Notes: a model not told the origin generated them from the letters alone. DNA of 64,000 nt from Deinococcus sp. (GCA_965261005.1 OZ253375.1:1-64000); one strand, 5' to 3'; numbered from the stretch's first letter, positions 9,405-23,352 are shown. Numbers and translations: made by a program.

Positions 9405-10442
9405 ATGACCCTGCCCCTTTCCATTCTCGACCTCGCGCCGGTCAGCTCCGGCGAGTCGGGCGCGCAGGCGTTGCGCCACAGCTTGGACTTGGCCCGCGTC
9501 GCCGACAAGCTCGGCTACACCCGCTACTGGCTGGCCGAGCACCACAACACGAGCACCTTCGTCAGCGCCGCGACCGAAATTCTGATCGCGCTGGTGGCGC
9601 GCGAGACGGAGCGTATTCGGGTCGGGTCGGGCGGTATCATGCTGCCAAATCACGCGCCCCTCAAGGTCGCCGAGAACTTCCGCACCTTGGAGGCGCTGTT
9701 TCCGGGGCGCATTGACTTGGCCCTCGGCCGCGCCCCCGGCACCGACGGGGTGACGGCGCTGGCGCTCAGGAGATCGGTAGAGGCGCTCACGGCCGACGAC
9801 TTTCCGCAGCAAATACAAGAAGTGCAGGCCTTCGCGGGGGAGGGCACCTTTCCGGAAGGCCACCCCTTCGGCCGGGTGCGGGCGACGCCGCAGGACGCGC
9901 CGCTGCCGCCGGTGTGGCTGCTGGGGTCGAGCACCTATGGCGCGCAGCTGGCCGCGCGGCTCGGCAAGGGCTACGCCTTTGCGTACCACTTCAGCCCCGA
10001 CGCGGCGCGGGCGGCCATGCGAATCTACCGCGAGCAGTTCGTGCCGTCGCAGGCGTTGCGCGAACCCCACGCGATTCTGGCGGTGTCGGCGGCGGTGGCC
10101 GACACGCAAGGGCGCGCCGAGGAACTGGCCCTCACGCAGGAACGGCTCTTCGTCAACATCCGCAGTGGGCGGGGCGGTCCGCTGGTCAGCCCCGAGGAGG
10201 CGCGTCAGCGTCCGCTCACCCCTGAGGAGCGGCCACTCGCCGAGTATGGCCGGTCGCTGCTGGTCCACGGCACGCCGGAGGTGGTGCGCGCCCAACTCGA
10301 AGACTTGGCCGCTCAATTTGGCGCCGACGAGCTGATGGTCACGTCGAATATTCACAGTCACGCCGAGCGGGTCCGCTCGTATGAACTGCTGGCGCAGGTC
10401 TTCGAGCTGAGGCCGACCCTCAACGTTCTCCAGCCCGCCTGA
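9405..10442 (+). CDS. LLM-class flavin-dependent oxidoreductase (luciferase-like)
   Basis: [39 protein letters not shown]. Confidence 0.93.
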   Translation: MTLPLSILDLAPVSSGESGAQALRHSLDLARVADKLGYTRYWLAEHHNTSTFVSAATEILIALVARETERIRVGSGGIMLPNHAPLKVAENFRTLEALFPGRIDLALGRAPGTDGVTALALRRSVEALTADDFPQQIQEVQAFAGEGTFPEGHPFGRVRATPQDAPLPPVWLLGSSTYGAQLAARLGKGYAFAYHFSPDAARAAMRIYREQFVPSQALREPHAILAVSAAVADTQGRAEELALTQERLFVNIRSGRGGPLVSPEEARQRPLTPEERPLAEYGRSLLVHGTPEVVRAQLEDLAAQFGADELMVTSNIHSHAERVRSYELLAQVFELRPTLNVLQPA

Positions 10443-11328
10443 GAACGTCCGGCGGCGGCGTCCAAAGTTCCAGCCATTCGCCCGTGACCGGGTGCTCAAA
10501 GGCGAGCCGCCCGGCGTGCAGAAAGTAACCGCCGTCCCCCGGCAAGCCCGGCAAGTCCGTCAAGGGCACGCCGCCCGGCGCGTACAGCGGGTCGCCCAGC
10601 AGCGGGTGGCCGGTGTAAGCCAGGTGAATGCGAATCTGGTGTGGGCGCCCGGTGTGGATGTCCACCTCGAACAGGGTCGTAGCTGAGCGCCGCTCCAGCA
10701 CCCGCGCCACGCTGAGGGCCGGCTTGCCGCCCCGCGAGGCGGCGTGGACTGTGCCCAGGATCGGGTGGGGAACGGGGCCGATGGGGGCCGTGATCTCGTA
10801 GCGGTCGTGCCCGGCTATACCGCTTGCCAGCGCCCGGTAGCGCTTCTCGACGCGGTGTTCGCGCCACGCCCGCGACAGGGCGCCCGCCGTCTCACGGGTC
10901 CGGGCGAACAGCACCAGCCCCGAGGTGCCGCGTCCCAAACGGTGAAGCGGGCGCGCCTCCGGAAAGTCATCGCGCACCGCGCTCAGCAGGGTGTTGTGCA
11001 GAAAGCCGCCCCCCGGCAAGGTGGGCAGCCCGCCCGGCTTGTTCACCGCGATCAGCGCGCCGTCCTCGAAGATCACGTCGAAGTGGCGCGGCGCGGTCTC
11101 TTCTTGCCAGGGGGGCCGGTGCCAGATCAGCACTTGGCCCGGACGCAGAAGAGCGTCCCCCTCAGCAATTACGCTGTCCAGCCACACCTCGCCGCGCTCC
11201 AGGCGCCCCCGCCAGTCCAGTTCGCTCGAATGCCGGTAGCGCGCGGTCAGATACGTCAAAACGGTCTGGCCGTCCGCCCCCGCGCCGACCTGCTCGCGGT
11301 GGGCGTAGCCGGCGTTGGGAACCGTCAC
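10420..11328 (-). CDS. RluA-family pseudouridine synthase
   Basis: [33 protein letters not shown]. The usual catalytic HRLD reads HRLG here. Confidence 0.85.
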   Translation of the reverse strand: MTVPNAGYAHREQVGAGADGQTVLTYLTARYRHSSELDWRGRLERGEVWLDSVIAEGDALLRPGQVLIWHRPPWQEETAPRHFDVIFEDGALIAVNKPGGLPTLPGGGFLHNTLLSAVRDDFPEARPLHRLGRGTSGLVLFARTRETAGALSRAWREHRVEKRYRALASGIAGHDRYEITAPIGPVPHPILGTVHAASRGGKPALSVARVLERRSATTLFEVDIHTGRPHQIRIHLAYTGHPLLGDPLYAPGGVPLTDLPGLPGDGGYFLHAGRLAFEHPVTGEWLELWTPPPDVLRRAGER

Positions 11329-12659
11329 GAGATCAACTCGGGCCGCTTCGACTTGGGCGTGTTCCGCGCGCTCAGCCGCAGTTCCGCGCGCAAACCGCCT
11401 AGAACGGAGCGGCCCAGAATCAGCTGCCCGCCGTGCTGCTCGGCCACGGCGCTCACCAGCGCGAGGCCCAGCCCGGCGCCCTCGCTGCCCTGAAGGCCGG
11501 CGCCGCGCTGAAACGGCAGCAGCAGCCGCGCCATTTCCGACTCGGGAATGCCGGGGCCGTCGTCCTCGACGATCAGAGAAGCCCCGCTTGCCTGCACGCG
11601 CACCCGGCCCCCTCCATAGCGCAGCGCGTTTTGTAGCAGGTTCGACGCGGCCAGTCGCAGGGCGGCCGGGTCCCCCCGCGCCGGCGCCGAGGCGAGATCC
11701 AGCGCCACCTGAACGCCGCGCAGCTCGGCGTAGGCGGATTGCGCCTCGGCGACCTCCAGCGCCACGTCGGCCAGGTCGGCGTCCTGCGCCCTCGCCGGGC
11801 CGCCGCTGCGCGCGAGGGCCAGCAAACGGTCGGTCAGGGCGCTGAGGTCGGCGCTGACGCCGCGCACTTCGGCCAAGGCCGCCTTGTACTGGGCGGGGTC
11901 GCGCTCGCGCTCCAAGGTCAGGCTGGCGCGCGCCCGGATGACGGCGAGCGGCGTGCGCAACTCGTGGGCCGCCGCCAGCGCGAAGGTGCGCTCGCGCTCG
12001 ATCAGACCGCCCAGACGGTCGAGCATAGCGTTGATGGTGGCGGTTAGGCGCGCCATCTCGTCGCGCCCTGGAGAAACCGGCACCCGCTCGGCGTAGCGCC
12101 CCGAGGCGGCGATGCGGCCCGCCAGTCGGGTCACGGCGTCCACCGGCCGCAGGGCACGGTCGGCCAGCAGGTAGCCGCCGGCCAGGCCCAGCAGCAGCGC
12201 GGCGGGCGCCACGAACAGCAGCACCCGTGTCACGCCCGCGAGGCTGCTGAGCAGCTCCGACTCCGAGCGGAAGGCCTGAATCCAGCGCCCGGAAGGGGCG
12301 CGCTCGGTCAGCACCCGGTAGCCACCCATTCTGGCAAAGCCCACCCGCAGCGGCGCGTCCACCGGCCGCTCGCCCGCGATGACCTCGCCACCTTCGTCCA
12401 GCGTCGCCACGGTCGCGAGGCCCGGCGGGGTCGGGCGTCTGGACGTGTTCGGGCGGTCTGGGGAATGCCCGAAGCGGCCCTCACCCAGCGCGCGGCGGGC
12501 CTCCTCGCCCAAGCGGAAGTCCACCCCGGCGCGCAGCGAGTCGTTCAGCACCCCGACCAAGGTGCCGCGCACCGCGAACAAGAGCGCCGCGAAGGTCACC
12601 GCGATCATCAGGCCCGACACCGTGCAGGCCAGCAGCGCGAGGCGCCAGCGCAGGGTCAC
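11325..12659 (-). CDS. Sensor histidine kinase (TM, HAMP, HisKA, HATPase)
   Basis: [29 protein letters not shown]. Confidence 0.93.
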   Translation of the reverse strand: MTLRWRLALLACTVSGLMIAVTFAALLFAVRGTLVGVLNDSLRAGVDFRLGEEARRALGEGRFGHSPDRPNTSRRPTPPGLATVATLDEGGEVIAGERPVDAPLRVGFARMGGYRVLTERAPSGRWIQAFRSESELLSSLAGVTRVLLFVAPAALLLGLAGGYLLADRALRPVDAVTRLAGRIAASGRYAERVPVSPGRDEMARLTATINAMLDRLGGLIERERTFALAAAHELRTPLAVIRARASLTLERERDPAQYKAALAEVRGVSADLSALTDRLLALARSGGPARAQDADLADVALEVAEAQSAYAELRGVQVALDLASAPARGDPAALRLAASNLLQNALRYGGGRVRVQASGASLIVEDDGPGIPESEMARLLLPFQRGAGLQGSEGAGLGLALVSAVAEQHGGQLILGRSVLGGLRAELRLSARNTPKSKRPELIS

Positions 12660-12662
12660 GCG

Positions 12663-13352
12663 CTAATCACCGCCCTGACCCGCGCTGTTTTGACCCAAAC
12701 GGTAGCCCGCGCCGCGCACCGTCTCGATGACGTTCTCGCCCAGCTTGCGCCGCACGCTCGCCACGTACACGTCCACGATCTTGGTCTCCACCAGCTTGTC
12801 GCTGGCCCACAAGCGGTCAATCAGCCCTTGGCGCCCGAAGGTGCGGCCCGGATTGAGCGCCAAACACTCCAGGAGGGCGTACTCGCGCGGGGTCAGGCGC
12901 ACCAGCTCGCCGTCACGGCCGACCTCGTGCGAGGTCACGTCCACGCTGTAGCCCCCTGGCAGGTGCAGCAGGTTGTCGGCGTGGCCGCCCGCCCGGCGCA
13001 CCAAGGCTTGCAAGCGGGCGCGCAGCTCGCGAAAGTCGAAGGGCTTGGTCAGGTAGTCGTCGCCCCCGGCCTGAAGGCCGGTCACCTTGGCCTCCACGTC
13101 CCCGAGGGCGGTCAGAAACAGAATTGGGGTGGTGTTGCCGCCCGCGCGCCACTCGCGCGCCAGCCGGAAGCCGTCGTCCTCACCCTCGCCCAGCATCACG
13201 TCCAGGATCACGGCGTCGTAGGGGTACAGTTCCGCGAGCGCGCGCGCCGAGGGCGCGTCCGGGGCGTGGTCCACGATCAGGTTGTCCTCGCCCAGCCCCT
13301 CCACGACCACCTTCGAGAGGCGGGGATCGTCTTCCACCAGCAGCACGCGCAT
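12663..13352 (-). CDS. OmpR-family response regulator
   Basis: RVLLVEDD, DDYLTKPF, C-terminal wHTH (TVRGAGY). Confidence 0.95.
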   Translation of the reverse strand: MRVLLVEDDPRLSKVVVEGLGEDNLIVDHAPDAPSARALAELYPYDAVILDVMLGEGEDDGFRLAREWRAGGNTTPILFLTALGDVEAKVTGLQAGGDDYLTKPFDFRELRARLQALVRRAGGHADNLLHLPGGYSVDVTSHEVGRDGELVRLTPREYALLECLALNPGRTFGRQGLIDRLWASDKLVETKIVDVYVASVRRKLGENVIETVRGAGYRLGQNSAGQGGD

Positions 13353-13356
13353 GAGG

Positions 13357-13971
13357 TCAACCGAGCTTCTTTTGCAGCGCCGCGATCAGTGTCTTGAGGT
13401 CGTCGGCCTCGCGCCCCTGCGTGAAGGGGTTGAAGGGCTGGCCGCCCTGAATGGCCGCGAACAGGCCGCCGCGCCCGCCGGCACCCCCCTGGGCAGTGCC
13501 CCCCTGACGGTTGCCGCCCCCGCCAAAGCCGCCGCCTCTCCCGAGGCCGGGCACGCCGGGCACCCGCAAACCGCCGCCCTGAGCGCCTTGGTTTCCCGCC
13601 TGCGCCCGCCTGGCCCGCGCCTGCTCCTGACGCTGCAAGGTGAGGTCGTCGAGCCTTGCCACCTGCGCATCGGTCAGCACGCCGTCTTCGAGCTTGTCCA
13701 GAATCTTTTGCGCGTCGGCGGGCTTGAGGTCGCTTCGTTTGGCGAGGTCTTGCAGAATCGGCAGCAGCGCCTTCGCCTGCGTTCCCGTGATGGCCGTCTT
13801 CTTGTCCGCGTCGAGCTGGCCCAGCAAATTCACCGTGCCGGTCAGGTCAAAGACGCTTTGGTACTTCTGAAACTGGGCGCGCAGGGCCGGGTTGGGCGCG
13901 CCGGGAGCAGTCTGGGCCAGGGCGGGGGTGACGGCAAGCAGCAGGGCGAGCAAAAGGGTCTTTTTGTTCAT
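13357..13971 (-). CDS. Secreted hypothetical protein with a Gly-rich segment
   Basis: Signal peptide MNKKTLLLALLLAVTPALAQ and AAGGAG SD. Lies inside the MacAB-TCS cluster. Confidence 0.8.
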   Translation of the reverse strand: MNKKTLLLALLLAVTPALAQTAPGAPNPALRAQFQKYQSVFDLTGTVNLLGQLDADKKTAITGTQAKALLPILQDLAKRSDLKPADAQKILDKLEDGVLTDAQVARLDDLTLQRQEQARARRAQAGNQGAQGGGLRVPGVPGLGRGGGFGGGGNRQGGTAQGGAGGRGGLFAAIQGGQPFNPFTQGREADDLKTLIAALQKKLG

Positions 13972-14047
13972 GGGTGTTCTCCTTGGAAGGGTGTTGGGAT
14001 CAAGCTATGGAGATGGGGTAAAGAAGTGGTAAACGGGCGTCTTACCC

Positions 14048-15342
<1,295 letters not shown>

Positions 15343-15346
<4 letters not shown>

Positions 15347-16074
15347 GTCAGGACCGCCCTTCTAGGGTTCCTGTTCAGCTCGTCGGACTCAATCAGGCCG
15401 TCGCGCACGCGCACCACCCGCCCCGCGTAGGCGCCGATGTCGTCCTCGTGGGTCACGATGACCACCGTGGCGCCCTCGGCGTGTAGCTCGGAAAAGAGCG
15501 CCATGATCTCCCCGCTGGTCGCGGTGTCGAGGTTGCCGGTCGGCTCGTCGGCCAGCAGCAGTTGGGGACGGCCCGCGAGGGCGCGCGCCACCGCCACGCG
15601 CTGCTTTTGCCCGCCCGAAATCTGGCCGGGCAGGTTCCTGGCCTTGTCCGCGATGCCCACCCGCGCCAGCAGGGCCAGCGCCCGCTCGCGCCGCTCCAAG
15701 GGCGGCACGCCCGCGTAGGTGAGCGGCACCTCGACGTTCTCCAGCAAGTTCAGGCGCGGCAGCAGGTGAAACGCCTGAAACACGAAGCCGATCTCGCGCC
15801 CGCGCGCCCCTGCGCGCTCGTTCTCGCTCAGGCCGGTCACGTCGCGCCCGCCCAACAGGTAGCGCCCCGCGCTCGGCCGGTCGAGCAGGCCGATGATCTG
15901 CATCAAGGTGGTCTTGCCGCTGCCGGAGGGTCCCATCAACGCGACCATCTCGCCGGCGTGAATCTCTAAGCTCACACCCTTCAAAGCCTGAAACTCAACC
16001 TCGCCGGTTTGGTAGACCTTGGTCACGTTCTCCAGCGACACGACCGGCTCCGAGCGTCCGTATTCTGGGGGCAT
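15343..16074 (-). CDS. ABC ATP-binding protein (MacB/LolD type)
   Basis: GPSGSGKTT, SGGQKQRVA, LLADEPTGNLD. Confidence 0.95.
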
Positions 16075-17414
16075 CAGTTGCCCCCGCGCGGCTGGCCCTG
16101 GCCTGAACTGGGTTGATCCGTGCCCGTCCGGTTTGTACCGCCCGCTCGCGTGCCGGGCGGCAGCAACACCGTGTCGCCCGCCTCCAGGCCCGAGGTCACG
16201 ACCACGCTGGTGCCGTCGTCCGCCCCCAGGCGCACGCGGCGCCGCTCGGGTTCGCCGCCCGCCACCGGCACCTGAACGTAGCTGCGGGTTCGCACGGTCT
16301 CGACGGCCTTTTTGGGAATCAGCAGCGCGCCCGGCACGTCTTGACTGACGATGTCGGCCTCGGCGCTCATGCCGGGGCGCAACTGGCCGTCCGGGTTGGG
16401 CAGCCGCACGGTCGCGTCGAACACGGCGATGTTGTTCTGCACCGTCGCGCCGGGGGACAGCGAGACCACCTGGCCGTGAAAGGTCTGCCCACCCACGGCG
16501 TCGAGGGTCACCTCGGCGGGCTGGCCGACCTTGACCTGGCCGATCTCGGTCTCGTCAATCTGCACCGGCAAGTCCAGGTTGCCGGTGTTGATAACGCTGA
16601 AGAGGGCCGCCGCCGGGGTGACGCTGGCCCCCACGCTGGCGGGCACCTCCGAGACCACGCCGGCGAGGGGCGCGTAGATTTTGGTGTTCGCGAGGGCTTG
16701 CCGCGCCTGCGTCAGGGTCAACTGGGCCGAGTCCACCGACAGCCGCGCGTTCCTCTGGTCCTGCGCGTCCGACGTCCCCTTGCTGCCCTGCTGGCTGAGG
16801 GCCGCGTTCGCGCTGACCCGCGCGGTGCTGAGGTCGGCCCGCGCCTTTTCCACCGCCGCGCGGGCGTCGTCCACGCTTTGTCGCGGCACCCCGCCCACGG
16901 CGTAGAGCCGTTCTTGCGTTGCCAAGGTGGCCTGGGCGCTTTGCAGGGCGAGCTGCGCGCTCCGCGCGGCCGTGGCGCTGTTCTGGGCGCTCTGGCTGCC
17001 CGCGGCGCTGCTGGCGGCCTGGGTCGCCCTCAGCGTTTCCAGCTGAACCTGGGCCTTTTGCAGCGCCAGCCCCGCGCTCACCAGGTCCTGCTGAGCCGAA
17101 ACCGGGTCCAGCCGCGCGACCAGCTCGCCGCGCGTCACCTGCTGCCCGACCGCCGGCAAGCTCAGGACGGTCCCGCTCACCGGCGCGCTCACCGCCCGGC
17201 TGGCGCTGGCCTGCAAGGTGCCGGGGCCGCTCACGCTGACCCGCAATTCGCCGCGCGTGACGCTCGCCGTCTGCTGCTGCGGCGTGTCGGCCGCGCTCCC
17301 GGCCGTTCTGGCGCGGTAGAGGGCGAAGCCGCCCAGCGCCAAAACGACCAAGATCAGCAGCCAGATTAGGGCGCGCGGAGGGCGGCGGCGGCGCGGCTTG
17401 GGCAGGGCGGTCAT
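16074..17414 (-). CDS. MacA-like periplasmic adaptor (membrane fusion protein)
   Basis: N-terminal TM, APVSG/APLAG lipoyl halves, coiled coil, LRPGMSA. Confidence 0.92.
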   Translation of the reverse strand: MTALPKPRRRRPPRALIWLLILVVLALGGFALYRARTAGSAADTPQQQTASVTRGELRVSVSGPGTLQASASRAVSAPVSGTVLSLPAVGQQVTRGELVARLDPVSAQQDLVSAGLALQKAQVQLETLRATQAASSAAGSQSAQNSATAARSAQLALQSAQATLATQERLYAVGGVPRQSVDDARAAVEKARADLSTARVSANAALSQQGSKGTSDAQDQRNARLSVDSAQLTLTQARQALANTKIYAPLAGVVSEVPASVGASVTPAAALFSVINTGNLDLPVQIDETEIGQVKVGQPAEVTLDAVGGQTFHGQVVSLSPGATVQNNIAVFDATVRLPNPDGQLRPGMSAEADIVSQDVPGALLIPKKAVETVRTRSYVQVPVAGGEPERRRVRLGADDGTSVVVTSGLEAGDTVLLPPGTRAGGTNRTGTDQPSSGQGQPRGGN

Positions 17415-17501
17415 AGGAGAACACCCTTTGGAAGCGCATGATTTCGTCGAGGGTTGGGCATGGCCGCAGTCTCAAGTACGACGGTTAAGAATTGACCCAG
17501 G

Positions 17502-17540
17502 AAGAGGGCGACAAACCGTTCGAACGGTTTGTCGCCCTCT

Positions 17541-17541
<1 letters not shown>
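17502..17541. terminator. Perfect 40-bp palindrome, probable terminator after the aldo/keto reductase
   Basis: AAGAGGGCGACAAACCGTTC|GAACGGTTTGTCGCCCTCTT, immediately after the stop codon. Confidence 0.75.
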
Positions 17542-18524
<983 letters not shown>

Positions 18525-18692
18525 GTCTCTCCCAACTTCATGTGTCTCCCAAATCTGGCGCCCCGGGCGCCTACTGCACTATGGCGTTTGGGCATGGGTT
18601 GGGACCGCGTTCCCCAAGCAACATGAGAAAAGGGTCAAGTTGCGCGTGGCCCAAGCCTCAGACGGGCGGCGGATAATTCATGGGGGAACCGC

Positions 18693-19727
18693 ATGACCGA
18701 CCTGATTGAAGAGCGCCAAACCCACGTCGAGGCCGATGGTCGCGGCGCGTTGATCGTGTTGCTGGCGCCGGCTTCCGGGCAGCGCGCTTATCTAAGCGCC
18801 TTGTTGCGGGGCGTCGGCTACGCGCTCGCCGAGGCGTCCAGCGCCGCCCAGGCCCGCGACCTGACGTTGAACCGGCGGGCGGGCCTGTTGCTCGTCGGCG
18901 GCCAAGTGCCCCCCGAGGAGGCGGCCGACCTGACCGCCGCCCTGCGCCGGGACGCGCGCACCGCCGAGTTGCCCGTGATCGTGCTCGGCGTGCAGGACGT
19001 GGGAGAGGTTCCGCGCTCCTTTGCCAAGGACCAGGAGTTGCTCACCCGGATACGGCTCCACCTCGCCCACCCCCCCAACCGCCTGCCCGGGCGGGGAAGC
19101 CACGCGCCCGTCCCCGCCGGCGTGCCGGCTTCCCAAGAACCGTGGGCGTGGCCCGACTCGCCCAGGCGCAAACGCCCGTCGTGGGTGCGCCTCCTGCTGC
19201 CCGTTCCAATCGCGCTGGCGGGCGTGGCGGTATTCGCTTTCATGCGGTTGCCGTCCTCGGTCACGCCGGCGCGGGTGAGCATGGCGCCGAGCCAGCCCTC
19301 GCCGGGAGCCGCTGTTCAAGCACCTGTATCTCCACAAGCAGCTGTATCTCCACAAGCGCCTGTGCCGCCGGCCAGCGCGCCCCTCGTACGCGGGCGGCAG
19401 CTCACCGACTTGTTCTACAGCGGGCAGCTCGGACAACTGTGGGACACCTTCGCGCCCGATCTAAAAAAAGGATGGGGCAGCTTGGCCGACTTCCGGGCCT
19501 ACCGAGAGGACGGCCTCGCGCAGTTTGGCGCCGAGACGAACGTCGTGAAGGAGCAGGTGGTTCGGGATGGCGGCGTCACCTACTACACCCGCCAAGCGAT
19601 TTTCGAGCGCGGCCCCGAAGACGGCTGGACGGTGATCTTCGGCCTCGACCCCGCGGGGAACGTCCGTGAGTTCGGCATCGTCAAGGCGGAAGCGCTGCCA
19701 CAACCGTCCGCGCAGCCCTCTCAGTAA
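18693..19727 (+). CDS. Membrane protein: degenerate receiver-like N-terminus, TM, Pro-rich linker, extracytoplasmic domain
   Basis: REC-like remnants (LRRDARTAELPVIVLG, ELLTRIRLHL) without the acidic pocket. One hydrophobic helix. Confidence 0.65.
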   Translation: MTDLIEERQTHVEADGRGALIVLLAPASGQRAYLSALLRGVGYALAEASSAAQARDLTLNRRAGLLLVGGQVPPEEAADLTAALRRDARTAELPVIVLGVQDVGEVPRSFAKDQELLTRIRLHLAHPPNRLPGRGSHAPVPAGVPASQEPWAWPDSPRRKRPSWVRLLLPVPIALAGVAVFAFMRLPSSVTPARVSMAPSQPSPGAAVQAPVSPQAAVSPQAPVPPASAPLVRGRQLTDLFYSGQLGQLWDTFAPDLKKGWGSLADFRAYREDGLAQFGAETNVVKEQVVRDGGVTYYTRQAIFERGPEDGWTVIFGLDPAGNVREFGIVKAEALPQPSAQPSQ

Positions 19728-19807
19728 CGTTTTGGGCAACCCCAGCTCGGTCAGCTCTATACGAATTCCCGCCACCGTCTGGGTCAGGACCGTGCCAAGA
19801 TGCTTGC

Positions 19808-20458
<651 letters not shown>

Positions 20459-20584
20459 CATTGGGAACGAATAGGGGGAAACCGGGCCGCGTATGGTGTA
20501 AAATAGGATATCCGGACGCGACAGCGACCGAAAGAAAGACGGCTTTCAAGGGGATCTGGCCGTGCCCACGATGAGGTGATTTAC

Positions 20585-21139
20585 ATAGCGAAAGACCACA
20601 AGATCAACGAACAGATTCGTGTCCGCCAAGTGCGCCTGATTGACGATGAGGGCGGACAGGTTGGTATCGTCGATACGCGCGACGCCTACAACATGGCGCG
20701 CGACAAGGGCCTTGACTTGGTGATGGTCGGGCCGACCGCGGTGCCGCCGGTGTGCAAGCTGCTCGACTACGGCCGCTTCAAGTTTGAGCAGCAGCAAAAC
20801 GAAAAGGAAAACCGCAAGCGCGCCCGCTCCCAGGAAGTCAAGGCGATCAAGTTCCGCGTCAAGATCGACGACAACGACTTCAAGACCAAGAGCAACCACG
20901 TGCGCCGCTTCCTAGAGGAGGGCCACAAGGTCAAGGTGACCATTATGTTCCGTGGGCGCGAGCGCACCCACCCGGAGTTGGGCGAGCGCATTTTGCACCG
21001 GGTCGCCGACACCTTGGCGGACATCGGCGCGCCGGAAGGCGCCCCCAACATGGCCGGCATGGACATGAACATGATTATGGCCCCCAAGGCGGTCCCGACC
21101 AAAAAGCCCGAGGGCGAGCAAGCCAGCGTCGGCGCTTAA
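20585..21139 (+). CDS. infC: Translation initiation factor IF-3 with probable non-canonical ATA start
   Basis: INEQIR...PPVCKLLDYG...IMFRGRE. SD GAGGTG (20573-20578) lies 6 nt before an in-frame ATA. Confidence 0.95.
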   Translation: MAKDHKINEQIRVRQVRLIDDEGGQVGIVDTRDAYNMARDKGLDLVMVGPTAVPPVCKLLDYGRFKFEQQQNEKENRKRARSQEVKAIKFRVKIDDNDFKTKSNHVRRFLEEGHKVKVTIMFRGRERTHPELGERILHRVADTLADIGAPEGAPNMAGMDMNMIMAPKAVPTKKPEGEQASVGA

Positions 21140-21157
21140 GAACATTCACGGAACCTC

Positions 21158-21181
21158 AGCCGGCCCAGGCCGGCTTTTTTT
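21158..21181 (+). terminator. Intrinsic terminator after infC
   Basis: AGCCGGCC/GGCCGGCT stem followed by a T-tract. Confidence 0.8.
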
Positions 21182-21383
21182 ACGCTGATTTTGGCCTGCG
21201 CTGATTTTATCTTGCGCTGGGCGGCGGCGGCCCTTAGAATGGGAAAGTTGCCGCGTTTCAAGCGCGTCGCACAAGCAGGGTCCGGGTGACAACGGCGCAA
21301 GCGACCCGGCCCTCAGAAAACGGCCCAGCTTGACTTGGCTCAGCCCGCCTTGCGGGTTCGGCGCCGTTTCCTCGGAGGAAGAC

Positions 21384-21584
21384 ATGCCCAAGCAGAAGAC
21401 CAAGAAGAGCGCCAAGCGGCGCATCAAGATCACCGCCACCGGCAAGGTGATGGCCTTTCACCCCGGCAAGCGCCACCAAAACGTGGGCAAGTCGGGCGGC
21501 GAAATCCGCTCGAAGGGAACCGGCTTCGTGTTGGCCAAGAGCGAGTGGGCGCGCATGAAGGCCATGTTGCCGGGAGGCAAGTGA
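21384..21584 (+). CDS. rpmI: 50S ribosomal protein L35
   Basis: [29 protein letters not shown]; directly upstream of rplT. Confidence 0.97.
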   Translation: MPKQKTKKSAKRRIKITATGKVMAFHPGKRHQNVGKSGGEIRSKGTGFVLAKSEWARMKAMLPGGK

Positions 21585-21585
21585 G

Positions 21586-21948
<363 letters not shown>

Positions 21949-21960
21949 AGAATAAGCTTG

Positions 21961-21989
21961 AGCGCCCAGGCGAGTTGCCTGGGCGCTTT
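21961..21989 (+). terminator. Intrinsic terminator after rplT
   Basis: AGCGCCCAGGC/GCCTGGGCGCT 11-bp stem plus Ts. Confidence 0.8.
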
Positions 21990-22023
21990 GTGTCTAGCTC
22001 ATTTGTCTATCTAGCTCAGTTGT

Positions 22024-22707
22024 CTAGCTCAGCGGCTGCACCACGATGGGCGTGGTGGTCGGCTGCGGGCTGCCCCCCGGCGGCTCGACCGAGACGGCAA
22101 AGGCGCTGCCAGTCGCGAGCGGCGGGGTCAGAATCTGGCGGCCGTCGAACACGCCCAGCGACGTGGCCGCGCCGTTCTGCACCGACCAAGCTTGGTACAC
22201 CCGGCCCCCTTGCGGCTCGGCCGTGAGCTGCACAAAGGCGCGGCCGTCCGGCAAGCGGACCAAGGTGCCCAGCGCCCCACCGCCTTGCGCCCGCAGGGGC
22301 TGCGAGACGGCGCCCGGCTGATCTTGGTATTGGCTCAGCGTTTGCGGGGTTGGCCGGTTCTGCACGCTGGGCCAGACCGTGAGCGCCGCGAGGGCCACGG
22401 CGGCGGCCACGGCCAGGGACCACGGCCAAGCCGGGCGCCGGCGCCCGGGGGTGGGGCGGGCGGGTGCCGGCGCCACCTCGCGCGTCACTTGCTCGGCGCG
22501 CACGCGGGCCATCAGACGGTCGGCGTCTCCGGCGGGCACCGGCTCGGGGGGCAGCGAGAATACCAGCGCCGTGAGGGCCTCCTGCTCGGCGCGCACCTCG
22601 GCGGCCAGGTCCGGGTGTTCGGTTAGGTACGCCTGCACCTCGCGCTGCTCGGGACCGCCCAAGAGGCCCAGGGCGTAGGCGCTGAGCATGTCCGCGTCCG
22701 GTTTCAC
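22024..22707 (-). CDS. Anti-sigma factor (RskA/anti-sigma-K family)
   Basis: AYALGLL N-terminus, TM, YQAW and FAVSVEPPGGSPQPT. Confidence 0.9.
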   Translation of the reverse strand: MKPDADMLSAYALGLLGGPEQREVQAYLTEHPDLAAEVRAEQEALTALVFSLPPEPVPAGDADRLMARVRAEQVTREVAPAPARPTPGRRRPAWPWSLAVAAAVALAALTVWPSVQNRPTPQTLSQYQDQPGAVSQPLRAQGGGALGTLVRLPDGRAFVQLTAEPQGGRVYQAWSVQNGAATSLGVFDGRQILTPPLATGSAFAVSVEPPGGSPQPTTTPIVVQPLS

Positions 22708-23252
22708 GCTTGATCACCCGCCCGTTCGCCGCCAGCTTGGCCGCCCTCAAAGTGGGCGCGCAGCTTGCCCAGGGCCGTTCTCAGTTTGGTTTTGACGGTG
22801 CCCAGCGGCAGGCCGGTCACATCGGCGAGCTGCTGGTGGCTGTAGCCGCTGTAAAACGCGAGGTCGATCAGGTGTTGCTGCTCGCTGTCGAGGGTGGCGA
22901 CGGCGTCGCCGAGCATGATGCGGTCGAGCGGCGGCGCGGCGACGGTGGGCGCGTCCCAGTCCTCCAGCGGCAAGGTGGTGTCCGGGCGGTCGCGCAGAGC
23001 TTGCAAAAAGCGGCGCCGTGCAATGGTGACCAGCCAAGTCTTGAACGAGGCCCGGCTCGGGTCGAAGCGCGCGGCGTGGCGCCACACGTTCACAAAGGCG
23101 TCTTGCACGCAGGCCTCGACGTCGTCGGTGCCGCTGAGCATGCGCCGGCCCAGCGCGAACAGGTACGGGGCGTAGCGGCGATGCAGTTCACGCAGCGCGT
23201 CCTCGTGCCCCTGACCCAATCGGGCCATCAGTTGTTCGTCGGTGGGTTCCAT
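22704..23252 (-). CDS. ECF RNA polymerase sigma factor (SigK-like)
   Basis: VQDAFVNVWRHAARFDP...SFKTWL (region 2), PLGTVKTKLR (region 4). Coupled to the anti-sigma gene. Confidence 0.92.
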   Translation of the reverse strand: MEPTDEQLMARLGQGHEDALRELHRRYAPYLFALGRRMLSGTDDVEACVQDAFVNVWRHAARFDPSRASFKTWLVTIARRRFLQALRDRPDTTLPLEDWDAPTVAAPPLDRIMLGDAVATLDSEQQHLIDLAFYSGYSHQQLADVTGLPLGTVKTKLRTALGKLRAHFEGGQAGGERAGDQA

Positions 23253-23352
23253 GACAAAAGGGGGTCCGGTGAGGCATGACCCACGGCCCGAGCCTACCAC
23301 GCGTGGCGCCGGCCCCGTAGCGTGCCCAGCGTGGGGTGTGGGGAAGCGGGCG

